From contig OY762897.2 of NCBI GenBank assembly GCA_963666515.2, positions 2,752,001 to 2,816,000 on the forward strand: a stretch of DNA of 64,000 bases, written 5' to 3'. The notes under the pieces are model-generated. The model saw nothing but the letters and a program-made list of their open reading frames with translations, searched no databases and was not told the DNA's origin. Below are positions 9,909-20,733 of this stretch, one piece after another. Both the position numbers and the translations under genes were made by a program. Within the stretch, counting starts at the first letter, position 1. Every line of letters begins with the position of its first letter. This DNA is from Candidatus Binatia bacterium. GTDB lineage: Bacteria; Desulfobacterota; Binatia; UBA9968; JAJDTQ01.

Positions 9909-11189
9909 TCACCGTGGCTTCCCCGGCGCGAGCGTGGCGCGTCCGGCCGCCCGATGCTTCACCACGAACAGCACGAACCCGCCGAGCCCCACCACCGTGG
10001 TGGCAAGGAACATAGCGGGATAGTTGTTGCCGGTAAAGTTGAGCATGATGCCGGCCAGCACCCCGCCGCCGCCGATGGCGAGGTCGTAGAACAGGTGGTA
10101 CTGGGCCATGCTGAGGCCCCACTGGTCCCGCGGCGCCAGGTCCACGGCCATGGTCATGAGCGCGGCGTGGACGGAGCCGTAGCCGAACCCCAGGATGGCC
10201 GCGGAGACCAGCAGCATCATGGGCGAGCGCGCCATCACCAGCACCAGCATGCCCACCAGGGCCAGCAGGTAGGTCGGGATGACCACGAACGGGCGGCCCT
10301 TGCGGTCGGAGAGCGGGCCGAAGATGGGCCTGCCCACCACCACCGCCACCGCGAAGACGCTGAACCAGATGCCCGGATCGCCCCCCATTTCCAGGGCGTA
10401 GAGGGACAGGAAGGCGATGATGCTGCCGCGAGAGATGCCCAGAAGACCCATGCTCACCGCCGGCACGAGGGATTGGGGCAGGATGAAGGTCTCGAACCAG
10501 CGCCGGCGCCGGCGCGCGGGCTTGTCCTTCGCCGGCGAGGGGATCAGGACCGCCGACAGCAGGCCGAACCCCGCGGCCGCGGCGCCGCTGGCGAACACCG
10601 TCGGGAATCCCAGGCGGCCGACGATCCAGAAGGCGACGGCCGGCGCGATGGAGTAGGCCACGGTGCTCACCGCCCCGGAGTAGCTGATGAGGGTGCCGCG
10701 CAGGTGGTCGGGCGCGATGTCCGCCACCAGCGTGCCGATGGCCGTGGTGCATCCCGACCACCCGAAGCCGTGGTACGTGCGCAGGAGCAGCGCCACCAGC
10801 ACCGAGCCGGTCCAGATGTAGCCGGTGGCCGCGGTGATGAAGATGGTCAGCCCGCCCACGAGAAAGACCTTGCTGCCCAGGCGGTCGATGTAGGCGCCCA
10901 CCAGCGGCCGCACCCAGGTGGCGCCGAGCGGGAACGCGGCCATCACCACGCCGATCATGAACGGGCTCGCGCCCATGTTCTTGAGGTAGACCGGGAACAC
11001 CGGCTCGATCAGGAACATGGCGAAGAAAAGCCCGAAGCGGGCGCCGCAGGTCAGGAGGAAGTCCCGGAGCCAAGCCCTCGGCGCTCCGGAATCCGGGAGG
11101 GGCGGAGGAGCGTCACGGCCGTGTTTGCCCGGCCCCGCCCCTGGATTCCGGCTTTCGCCGGAATGACGGGTTCCGGGGTGTAGCGCCAT
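9909..11189 (-). CDS. MFS transporter
   Basis: About 12 hydrophobic segments; MFS motif A variants GAYIDRLGSK and GPLSDRKGRP. Confidence 0.88.
   Translation of the reverse strand: MALHPGTRHSGESRNPGAGPGKHGRDAPPPLPDSGAPRAWLRDFLLTCGARFGLFFAMFLIEPVFPVYLKNMGASPFMIGVVMAAFPLGATWVRPLVGAYIDRLGSKVFLVGGLTIFITAATGYIWTGSVLVALLLRTYHGFGWSGCTTAIGTLVADIAPDHLRGTLISYSGAVSTVAYSIAPAVAFWIVGRLGFPTVFASGAAAAGFGLLSAVLIPSPAKDKPARRRRRWFETFILPQSLVPAVSMGLLGISRGSIIAFLSLYALEMGGDPGIWFSVFAVAVVVGRPIFGPLSDRKGRPFVVIPTYLLALVGMLVLVMARSPMMLLVSAAILGFGYGSVHAALMTMAVDLAPRDQWGLSMAQYHLFYDLAIGGGGVLAGIMLNFTGNNYPAMFLATTVVGLGGFVLFVVKHRAAGRATLAPGKPR
11141..11168. repeat. REP/RPE-like palindromic element (CTGGATTCCGGCTTTCGCCGGAATGACG)
   Basis: Stem ATTCCGGC-TTTC-GCCGGAAT; resembles the widespread GGATTCCCGC...GCGGGAATGAC repeat class; translates as RHSGESRNP in the MFS N-terminus. 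Confidence 0.75.
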
Positions 11190-11216
11190 TCTCGTGCCGA
11201 TCCGCGCGGGCGCCGA

Positions 11217-12956
11217 TCAGGCGTCCCCGTTCCGGGGCGCGCTCCGGAGGCGGCGGGTCTCGGCCTCGTCGATCCCGGGCGGCCGGCCGCTCACCGCCAC
11301 GCCGTAGACGTCCCGGGCGGTCCCGGCGCTGATGTAGCCGTCCCGGACGTCGTCCAGCACCCTGGACGGCTCCCGCTCGAAGGGGTCGCCGCGGCCGCCG
11401 CCGCCGGCGTAGCGGATGCGGAAGACGTCGCCCTTCTCCAGCCTGAGCCGGCTCACCTTGGACGGAAGCTCCCGCTCCCGCTCGGTGCCCGGGTTCAGGA
11501 AGGCCGAAGACGGCAGCGCGTCGCCGGCGCCGTGGAGCCCGGGGGCGGAATACTTGAAGCGGTCGCTGCGGAGGTTCACGAACGCCTCGTCGCCGGTCAT
11601 CTTCCAGTCCCGCACCATGCCCAGGCCGCCGCGGTAGCGGCCGGCGCCGCCCGATTCCTCGAACAGCTCGTAGCGCTCGATCCGGATGGGGAACTCGGTC
11701 TCCAGCGGCTCCACCGGGGTGTTCATCACGTTGATGACCAGCGAGTTCAGCACCGCCGGGCCGTCGCTCTCGGCGCGCGCTCCGCCGCCGCCGCAATTGA
11801 GGTCGTAGAGCGAGAACCACCGCCCCCGGTCCACGTCCTGGCCCGAGATGGAGACCGAGCCGCCCGCGCCGCTGTCCGGCGCCGGCACCACCTCGGGCAG
11901 GGCCTCGGCCAGCACCATCTGCACCACCGAGGTGACCATCTGGGCGGGACGCACGTACATGTTCACCGGCGCCGGGTAACGCGGGTTCAGGATCGACCCC
12001 TCGGGCGGAAAGGCCACGTGGATGGGCCGGGAGATGCCCTGGTTCACCGGCAGGTCCGGGCACAGCACGGCCACCGCGAGGCAGTCGATGAAGTTCCGGA
12101 TGACGCAGGGCCGGAGGTTCACCGGGCCGCGGGCCTGCTCCGACGACTCCAGGGTGAAGTGCAGCTCGTCGCCCGCCACCCGCAGGGACGCGGCGATGCG
12201 ATAGGAGCGCTCCCGGTCCAGGCCGTCGTCGTCGAGATAGTCCACGCAGGGACCGTAGTCCCCGTCGGAGATCCTCTCGATGGCCTTGCGCACCTCCGCC
12301 TCGCAGATGTCCATCCACTGCGCCCAGCACGCGGTCACCTCGGCCGAGCCGTGCTGGTCCATCAGCTCCGCCAGCTTGCGCAGTCCGTAGAAGTTGGTCT
12401 GGGCCTGGGCCTGGATGTCCCCCCAGGTGATCTCCGGCGTGCGCGTGTTGGCCATGACGATGGTCTTGAGGTCCTCGTTGACCTCGCCCGCGCGGTAGAG
12501 CCGGAGCGCCGGCAGCAGGAGCCCTTCCTGGATCACGTCGGTGGCGTCCGGCGAGTTGGTGCCCGGCACCTTGCCGCCCAGGTCCGGCTTGTGCGCGGTG
12601 TTGCCGATGAAGGCCACGCGCCGGCCCTTGTCGAACACCGGCGAGACCACGGTGACGTCGGTGGCGTGGTTCTGGCAGGCGAAGTAGGGGTGGTTCAGGA
12701 TGAAGACGTCCCCCTCCACCATGTCCTCGCCGAACACCCGGATGACCTCGCCCACCTGAGCCGAGATGCCGCCGATGTGGAGCGGCTGCGGCAGTCCCTG
12801 GGTCACCATGCGCCCGGCGCCGTCGAAGATCGTGAAGGTGAAGTCCTGGCTCTCCTTGATCACGCTCGAATAGCCGGTCCGGAGCATGTTGAGAGCCAGC
12901 TCCTTGGCGATCTGCGCGGTGGCCCGGTAGACCACTTCCATCTGCACGGCATCCAT
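11217..12956 (-). CDS. Hydantoinase B/oxoprolinase subunit
   Basis: RTGYSSVIKESQDF, GDVFILNHPY...HATD, AHKPDLGG, NTPVE...SGGAGRYRGGLG, AGGGGRGDP. Confidence 0.92.
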   Translation of the reverse strand: MDAVQMEVVYRATAQIAKELALNMLRTGYSSVIKESQDFTFTIFDGAGRMVTQGLPQPLHIGGISAQVGEVIRVFGEDMVEGDVFILNHPYFACQNHATDVTVVSPVFDKGRRVAFIGNTAHKPDLGGKVPGTNSPDATDVIQEGLLLPALRLYRAGEVNEDLKTIVMANTRTPEITWGDIQAQAQTNFYGLRKLAELMDQHGSAEVTACWAQWMDICEAEVRKAIERISDGDYGPCVDYLDDDGLDRERSYRIAASLRVAGDELHFTLESSEQARGPVNLRPCVIRNFIDCLAVAVLCPDLPVNQGISRPIHVAFPPEGSILNPRYPAPVNMYVRPAQMVTSVVQMVLAEALPEVVPAPDSGAGGSVSISGQDVDRGRWFSLYDLNCGGGGARAESDGPAVLNSLVINVMNTPVEPLETEFPIRIERYELFEESGGAGRYRGGLGMVRDWKMTGDEAFVNLRSDRFKYSAPGLHGAGDALPSSAFLNPGTERERELPSKVSRLRLEKGDVFRIRYAGGGGRGDPFEREPSRVLDDVRDGYISAGTARDVYGVAVSGRPPGIDEAETRRLRSAPRNGDA

Positions 12957-13154
12957 GACGACGATTCTCCCGGAGGTTCAAGAGTCAAGAGTTGTCGTAA
13001 CATGATCGCATGACGCGGGCCACCCGCGCCCCGGCCCGTGACGATGAGGACTGCGCTGGCTTGAAATTCCTGCCGGGCGGAGCTATTTTAATATGGACCG
13101 TTACAGAAATTTCTGAGGCAGGTCTCAGAGACAGGTCTTTACGGAGGCTGACCC

Positions 13155-13895
13155 ATGGCGAAACAAGTTCTCTTTTCCGCAGAAATCGACTATCCCGATT
13201 CGGACGGCAAGCCGCTGGCCGAAAGCGACTTCCAGTTCGACCCGCTGACCTACGCGCGCAACGCGCTACGGTACCACTACCGCGATCGATCCGACGTGTA
13301 CGTCGCGGGCAACATGCTGATCTACTACGAAGAGGGCAACGTGAAGGCGCGGGTGGCGCCGGACGTATTCGTGGTGATGGGGGCGACGCCCTACGACCGC
13401 TCGTCGTACCTGTTATGGCGGGAACCCAAGGGACCGGACTGGGTCCTGGAGGTGACGTCGCGGAGCACGCGGCGCGAAGACCAGGGAAGGAAGCGGGAGC
13501 TGTACCGCGAGTTGGGGGTCACGGAGTACTGGCAATACGACCCGACCGGGGATTATCTGGCGCCGCAGTTGCAGGGATTGGAACTGGTGTCGGGGCAGTA
13601 TGAGCGTTTGGCGGCGCGGAAGGCGGCGGCCGGCGGTTTGACGATGTGGAGTCGCGTCCTGGAGCTGGAGTTGCGGCTGGAGAGCCGCGGATTGCGGTTC
13701 TACGATCCGGCCACGGGGCAGTACCTGCTGACCCTCGCGGAGGCGGAAGACGAACGCCGGCGCGAGAAACAGGCGCGACAGGCCGCAGAACAGGCAAGAC
13801 AGGCCGCAGAACGCGCGGCCGCGGAAGCCCAGGCCCGCGCCGCGGCGCTGGAAGCGCAACTGGCGAAGGGCCGCGGCAGCAGCGAACCTGAATGA
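13155..13895 (+). CDS. Uma2 family (DUF820) putative endonuclease with coiled-coil tail
   Basis: YPDSDGKPLAES, VAPDVFVV, PDWVLEVTS, KRELY...GVTEYWQYDP; AEQARQA repeats at the C-terminus. Confidence 0.88.
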   Translation: MAKQVLFSAEIDYPDSDGKPLAESDFQFDPLTYARNALRYHYRDRSDVYVAGNMLIYYEEGNVKARVAPDVFVVMGATPYDRSSYLLWREPKGPDWVLEVTSRSTRREDQGRKRELYRELGVTEYWQYDPTGDYLAPQLQGLELVSGQYERLAARKAAAGGLTMWSRVLELELRLESRGLRFYDPATGQYLLTLAEAEDERRREKQARQAAEQARQAAERAAAEAQARAAALEAQLAKGRGSSEPE

Positions 13896-13919
13896 CGCGG
13901 TTGGCCCGGCGGCTATGCT

Positions 13920-14033
13920 TTCGACTCCTTTAGCACTCCAGAGCGGACGGTACAGATACTGATCGGCCAGCCGCAATAGAAAGTCACGGAACCCGGCGGG
14001 ATACAGAACATTGGCGTCGAGCAACGCCTTCAT
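13920..14033 (-). pseudogene. Truncated PIN-domain (VapC-like) toxin
   Basis: MKALLDANVLYPAGFRDFLLRLADQYLYRPLWSA is a PIN N-terminus; similarity is lost after about 35 aa and the frame runs antisense into the Uma2 gene. Confidence 0.75.
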
Positions 14034-14045
14034 TCCGTTCCTCGG

Positions 14046-14504
14046 CTATTGCATTCCGAGTTCCTGATCCTGGGCCGTCAAGGTGTCGAGAGCATCCCGG
14101 CGGCGGGACTCTGTAGCTCGACGGTAGGCCAGGATGTCGTCAGTACGCACACGCCGATGCGTTCCGACCTTGCGGCAAGGTATCCGCCCTTCGTCGATCA
14201 ACCGCACCAGAAAGGTTCTCGAAACCTGCAGGAGATCGGCCGCCTGCCGGGTAGTCAGTTCGACGTGCAACGGTGTCAGCGCCACGGCATAGCCGCGGGC
14301 CATCTGGTTGAGCATCTCCCGGAGAAGACGAACCGCTTGGGCGGGAATTTCCACGGCTTCTTCGCCAGTGATGCCGAGTCGGACAGGCACCGGCTCCGTC
14401 CTATCGCTCAACGCCGCGAGTTTTGAAGCTGTTCGGGCTGCTAGAACGAGATCCCTTTCGCTGACGAGGCTCGTCTCCTTGTTTTCGTCCATCCCGTCAT
14501 CCAT
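14046..14504 (-). CDS. Excisionase-family HTH DNA-binding protein (putative antitoxin of the PIN pair)
   Basis: ELTTRQAADLLQVSRTFLVRLIDEGRIPCRKVGTHRRV; GGGAGG RBS before ATG 14504; directly upstream of the PIN gene. Confidence 0.85.
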   Translation of the reverse strand: MDDGMDENKETSLVSERDLVLAARTASKLAALSDRTEPVPVRLGITGEEAVEIPAQAVRLLREMLNQMARGYAVALTPLHVELTTRQAADLLQVSRTFLVRLIDEGRIPCRKVGTHRRVRTDDILAYRRATESRRRDALDTLTAQDQELGMQ

Positions 14505-14717
14505 CGGTCTGCCTCCCTTCCGATAGCCATCATAAGCTGTAAACGACACAAACGCAACATCTAACACGAATGAAACCCACCCTCATTTCGGTTACGCGGC
14601 TCAACGACTGGACCAGTTCCCCCGTTCGTAGTAGTGTCTCCCCGACTCGGACAGTGTCTGGCAATCCGTCAAGAAGCGTTGCCGAGTCCGCCCACGGCAA
14701 CGCTGGAGGTCGCGGTT

Positions 14718-15548
14718 ATGGCACCCAGCCTCTTCTCCATCGCGGGACCGCTTGTGCTGGCCGGGACCCTGGTCCTGTCTGCAACGGCCGGCAGCGCCGC
14801 CGAAGGCAGGCACGCGGGCATGGTGCTCATCCCTGCCGGGGAGTTCACCATGGGCCGCGATGGCGGTCCGGGTGAGGAGGGGCCTGCCCACAAGCTCTTC
14901 CTGCCGGCGTTCTTCATCGACCGGAACCTGGTCACCATGAAGGAGTACGCCAGGTTCATCCAGGCCAAGGGACCGGTGGGCCCCAAGGGCGAGCAGTATC
15001 TGGACGTGGCGGACGACGACAATCGAATCCATCTGGTAGACGATGCCTGGCGGGTGGAGCCCGGCTGGGAGGACCACCCGGCCTCGGAAATGGCCTGGCA
15101 CGGCGCCGTCGCCTACTGCAAGTGGCTGGAGAAGCAGCTTCCCAGCGAGGCGGAATGGGAGAAAGCCGCTCGCGGCGCCGACGGCAGGCTGTACCCGTGG
15201 GGCAATGGCCCGCCGACGCCGGAACTGGCCTTCTTCGGCGGCTGGCGCGGCGAGTCCGTGCCGGTAGGGCGCTATCCCAAAGGGCGCAGTCCCTACGGGG
15301 TGCTGGACATGGCCGGCCAGGTGTGGGAGTGGACCCGCTCCGTTGCCATGCAGTATCCCTACAACCCGAAGGACGGGCGGGAGGACCTGTCGGCGCGGTA
15401 CCCGAGGGTGACCCGGGGCGGCAACGCCTCCAGCGACCACGAGGGGCTCACCGCCACCTCCCGGCACACCGTGGACCCCGGCAGGCAGGCGCGGGGGCAC
15501 GCCTACTACGGCTTCCGCTGCGTGTCCCGGGTCGAGATGGTATTTTAG
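14718..15548 (+). CDS. Formylglycine-generating enzyme (SUMF1/FGE-sulfatase) family exported protein
   Basis: Signal peptide; MVLIPAGEFTMG, LPSEAEWEKAARG, YPWG, SPYGVLDMAGQVWEW, GFRC; GGAGGT RBS. Confidence 0.88.
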   Translation: MAPSLFSIAGPLVLAGTLVLSATAGSAAEGRHAGMVLIPAGEFTMGRDGGPGEEGPAHKLFLPAFFIDRNLVTMKEYARFIQAKGPVGPKGEQYLDVADDDNRIHLVDDAWRVEPGWEDHPASEMAWHGAVAYCKWLEKQLPSEAEWEKAARGADGRLYPWGNGPPTPELAFFGGWRGESVPVGRYPKGRSPYGVLDMAGQVWEWTRSVAMQYPYNPKDGREDLSARYPRVTRGGNASSDHEGLTATSRHTVDPGRQARGHAYYGFRCVSRVEMVF

Positions 15549-15567
15549 CGACTACACCGGAGGTAAC

Positions 15568-16686
15568 ATGGCCCTGTTTTTCCATTCACAAGACGTGGAC
15601 GAGCTGGTTCCGTTCCCGGAAGCCGTCTCCATAACCGAAGCGGCGCTCAGGAAGATCGCCACCCCGGAGGGGGTGAACGCGCCCCGCAAGCGCCTGAATT
15701 TGCACAGGAATGTGGGGGAAGCGCCCTTCGACACCGTGCTCAACATCTACGCCGGCGGGGCCGCTACCTATGGAGCGGTGGGCGCCCAGGTGGCGCTGCA
15801 CCGCAAGGCCATCGTGGGCGACCAGCAGCGGCGTCCGCCCTACAACCCGGACCAGACCGAGCTGGCGGTGATCTACGACGCCGACACCGGCACGCTGCTG
15901 GGGGTTATGGCGCATCGCCCCAAGCACGCGGCCGGGGTGGCCGACCTGCGGACGCCGGCCACGAGCCTCGCGGGCCTCGACCGGCTGGCCAAGGACGGCG
16001 CCCGGAGGGTCGGCATCTACGGCTCCGGCAACCAGGCCTACTCCACCTTCGTGGGACTGACCGAACTGCGGCAGATCGACAGCGCCAAGGTGTTCAGCCC
16101 CACGCCGGCGCACCGGGAGGCCTTCGCCAGGAAGATGACGGAGATCACCGGGGTGCCGGTGGAGCCGGTGGAGGAAGCCCCCCGGGCGGCCCAGGACGTG
16201 GACATCGTGCTGTGCATGACCAACACCAATGTCCCGGTCATCGACGGCTCGTGGCTGGAGCCCGGCCAGTACGTCATCTCGGTCATCGGCAGCAACATCG
16301 AGCTGGTGAAGAGCGGCAACCTCGACAAGCCGCGCCGCGAGATCGACGACGGCACGCTCCGGCGGTGCGATTTCATCGTCGCCCTGTCCCGGGAGCAGGC
16401 GGTGGACTCCCAGCAGGGGGACATCTACTGGCCGGTCCAGGACGGGATCATCTCCTGGGACAAGGTCATCGACATATCGGACATTTTGACCGGAAAGGCC
16501 CCGGGCCGCACCAGCGACGACCAGATCATCCTCTACAAGAACCAGGGGGGTCAGGGCATCGTCGACATCGCCCTGGCCAGGAAGCTCTACGACTTGGCCC
16601 GGGAGCACCGGAAAGGGTTCGAGCTGGACATACGGCCGCGGGAGAACTGGTGGGTCCAGGGCGGCCGGGAAGACTACTGGACATGA
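15568..16686 (+). CDS. Ornithine cyclodeaminase/mu-crystallin family protein
   Basis: LRTPA, GIYGSGNQA, REIDD, PGRTSDDQIILYKN...DIA motifs. Confidence 0.85.
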   Translation: MALFFHSQDVDELVPFPEAVSITEAALRKIATPEGVNAPRKRLNLHRNVGEAPFDTVLNIYAGGAATYGAVGAQVALHRKAIVGDQQRRPPYNPDQTELAVIYDADTGTLLGVMAHRPKHAAGVADLRTPATSLAGLDRLAKDGARRVGIYGSGNQAYSTFVGLTELRQIDSAKVFSPTPAHREAFARKMTEITGVPVEPVEEAPRAAQDVDIVLCMTNTNVPVIDGSWLEPGQYVISVIGSNIELVKSGNLDKPRREIDDGTLRRCDFIVALSREQAVDSQQGDIYWPVQDGIISWDKVIDISDILTGKAPGRTSDDQIILYKNQGGQGIVDIALARKLYDLAREHRKGFELDIRPRENWWVQGGREDYWT

Positions 16687-16778
16687 GCCTGCTGGACATG
16701 AGCCGCATACCCCGTTATAAGGTAATCCCGGATCATTAACGAATTTTCATAGAATTCGTCCACTTTCCGGGAGTTCGG

Positions 16779-17087
16779 ATGGCCACAACGGAAGTACCCG
16801 AAACGGTAGTTTGCCCGAACTGCAACCACAACGTCGTCATCAAGCTCTATCAGGTCGACATCAGCATCAACAGCTCCCAGGGCCATTTCCACACCGTCCA
16901 CCACCGGCGCGAGCCGGCCTACACCGTCTACTGCATCAACTGCGGGCATTTCATCACCAACGATCCCACCGGCAGGCCGCCCACCAGGAGCGACGCGCAG
17001 GACAAGCCCCGCAAGACGGCCCCCTCCAAGGCCGCTGCCCGGAAAGAGCCGGGCCGCGCCCCGTCCAGGAAGAAACGGGCGAAATAG
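16779..17087 (+). CDS. Small putative zinc-ribbon protein with basic tail
   Basis: CPNC...CINC pairs, Lys/Arg-rich C-terminus, GGAG RBS, host-like codon usage. Confidence 0.55.
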   Translation: MATTEVPETVVCPNCNHNVVIKLYQVDISINSSQGHFHTVHHRREPAYTVYCINCGHFITNDPTGRPPTRSDAQDKPRKTAPSKAAARKEPGRAPSRKKRAK

Positions 17088-17133
17088 CTGTTTCCGATCA
17101 ACCTTCCGCCACCCGGTACGGAAAGGGGAGCAC

Positions 17134-18885
17134 ATGGTCGTGAATGAGTCTGTTCGGAAGTTCGTGAACGAAGCGGCAGCCATGTGCCGCCCCGACGACG
17201 TGGTGTGGTGCGACGGCTCAGAAGAGGAGCGGGAACGGCTGACCCAGGTGGCCATCCGCGTCGGCGACCTGATTCCCCTGGACCAGGAGAGCCTTCCCGG
17301 CTGCTACCTCCACCGCAGCGCCGCCAACGACGTGGCGCGCACCGAGCACCTGACCTTCGTGTGCTCCCGCGAGCAGGACGACGCCGGCCCCTCCAACAAC
17401 TGGATGGCGCCGGACGAGGCCTACGACCGGCTCGGCGGGATCTTCAACGGCTCCATGGCCGGCCGGACCATGTACGTCATCCCCTTCCTCATGGGACCCG
17501 CCGGCTCTCCGTTCAGCAAGGTGGGCATCGAGCTTACCGACAGCGTCTACGTCGCCCTGAGCATGCGCGCCATGACCCGCATGGGGGACGTCGCCCTCGA
17601 ACACCTGGGGGGCTCGGACGACTTCACCCGCGGGCTCCACTCCAAGGCCGACCTGCACATCGACCGCCGCTTCATCTGCCACTTTCCCGAGGCCAACACC
17701 ATCTGGAGCGTGGGCTCGGGCTACGGCGGCAACGCGCTGCTGGCGAAGAAGTGCATGGCGCTGCGGCTGGCCAGCGCCCTGGGGGCGCGGGAAGGCTGGC
17801 TCGCCGAGCACATGATGATCGTGGGGATCGAGAGCCCGGAGGGCGAGACCACCTACGTGTGCGGCGCGCTGCCCAGCGCCTGCGGCAAGACCAACCTGGC
17901 CATGCTGGTGCCGCCCAAGTCCATGAAGGGCTGGAAGGTCTTTACGGTGGGGGACGACATCGCCTGGCTGCGGGTGGGCGACGACGGCCGGCTGTGGGCG
18001 GTGAACCCCGAGGCCGGGTTCTTCGGCGTGGTGCCGGGCACCAACTCCAGGACCAACCCCAACGCCATGCGCACGATCCAGAGAAACACCATCTTCACCA
18101 ACGTGGGACTCAAGCCCGACGGCGGCGTGTGGTGGGAGGGGCACGACGACCCCGCGCCCAGGAGCGTCACCGACTGGCGCGGCCGGCCGTGGAGCAAGGA
18201 GGGCCCGGCGGCCCATCCCAACAGCCGCTTCACCGTGCCCGCCTCCGAATGTCCGTCCATCTCTCCGGAGCGGGACAACCCCGACGGCGTGCCCATCAGC
18301 GCCATCCTGTTCGGCGCGCGGCGGCAGAAGCTCGTGCCGCTGGTCTACCAGTCCTTCGACTGGGCCCACGGCACCTTCCTCGGCGCCACCTTGGCCTCCG
18401 AGACCACCGCCGCGGCCACCGGAGCCGTGGGCGTGGTCCGGCGCGACCCCATGGCCATGCTGCCGTTCTGCGGCTACAACATGGCCGACTACTGGAACCA
18501 CTGGCTGTCCATGGGCAAGCGGCTGACCGACCCGCCCAAGGTCTTCCGCGTCAACTGGTTCCAGAGGGACGACCAGGGCGGCTTCCTGTGGCCCGGCTTC
18601 GGCGAGAACCTGCGCGTGCTGCAATGGATCATCGAACGCTCCCGTGACCGCGGGAAGGCCGACGAGACCGCCATCGGCTACCTGCCCAGGCCCTCCGGCA
18701 TCAGCCGCAAGGGCGCCGGCGTGTCGAGCGACGCCATGGGCCGCCTGCTCCACGTGGACCGTGACGGCTGGCGCACCAACCTGCGGAGCCAGTCGGAGTT
18801 CTTCGAGAAGTTCGGAGACCGGCTGCCGGCGGGGATTCGCGAGCAGCACGCCGGCCTCAGGCAACGGCTCCGGGCGGCCGGCTAG
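17134..18885 (+). CDS. pckG: Phosphoenolpyruvate carboxykinase (GTP)
   Basis: GSGYGGNALLAKKC, WLAEHM, PSACGKTNLAM, VGDDIAW, AHPNSRF, RRDPMAMLPFCGYN, WPGFGEN. Confidence 0.96.
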   Translation: MVVNESVRKFVNEAAAMCRPDDVVWCDGSEEERERLTQVAIRVGDLIPLDQESLPGCYLHRSAANDVARTEHLTFVCSREQDDAGPSNNWMAPDEAYDRLGGIFNGSMAGRTMYVIPFLMGPAGSPFSKVGIELTDSVYVALSMRAMTRMGDVALEHLGGSDDFTRGLHSKADLHIDRRFICHFPEANTIWSVGSGYGGNALLAKKCMALRLASALGAREGWLAEHMMIVGIESPEGETTYVCGALPSACGKTNLAMLVPPKSMKGWKVFTVGDDIAWLRVGDDGRLWAVNPEAGFFGVVPGTNSRTNPNAMRTIQRNTIFTNVGLKPDGGVWWEGHDDPAPRSVTDWRGRPWSKEGPAAHPNSRFTVPASECPSISPERDNPDGVPISAILFGARRQKLVPLVYQSFDWAHGTFLGATLASETTAAATGAVGVVRRDPMAMLPFCGYNMADYWNHWLSMGKRLTDPPKVFRVNWFQRDDQGGFLWPGFGENLRVLQWIIERSRDRGKADETAIGYLPRPSGISRKGAGVSSDAMGRLLHVDRDGWRTNLRSQSEFFEKFGDRLPAGIREQHAGLRQRLRAAG

Positions 18886-18900
18886 CCGGACGGCCCGGGC

Positions 18901-18936
18901 TGCCTGTTCGTTACGCAACTGCCTGCTTGTTGGGCA
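18901..18936 (+). promoter_or_regulatory. Two tandem NtrC-like enhancer sites upstream of amtB
   Basis: TGCCT-N7-ACGCA (18901-18917) and TGCCT-N7-GGGCA (18920-18936) resemble TGCAC-N7-GTGCA; about 85-120 bp upstream of a sigma-54 site. Confidence 0.5.
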
Positions 18937-19021
18937 GCCGCCGCGGCCCCGTGCCCGTGTCGAACGCCGTAAACAACCCCGCCGTGCCGTCTACAGTGAG
19001 CCTGGATCGTCGTCGCGCCGC

Positions 19022-19037
19022 TGGCACGTGATTTGCT
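19022..19037 (+). promoter_or_regulatory. Sigma-54 (-24/-12) promoter of amtB-glnK
   Basis: TGGCACG-TGAT-TTGCT matches the consensus TGGCACG-N4-TTGCW. Confidence 0.85.
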
Positions 19038-19106
19038 TCATCTCCTTGCATCCGCCCGGCCTGCTGCACCGCCGGCGCGGAAAACACTCTTCAACGGGGG
19101 ACGAAA

Positions 19107-20717
<1,611 letters not shown>

Positions 20718-20733
20718 CGCCGGGCAGGGTCCC

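Noticed and set aside
13413-14033. 206-aa full-length PIN protein
   Set aside because: Only the first ~35 aa are PIN-like; the rest is antisense to the Uma2 gene
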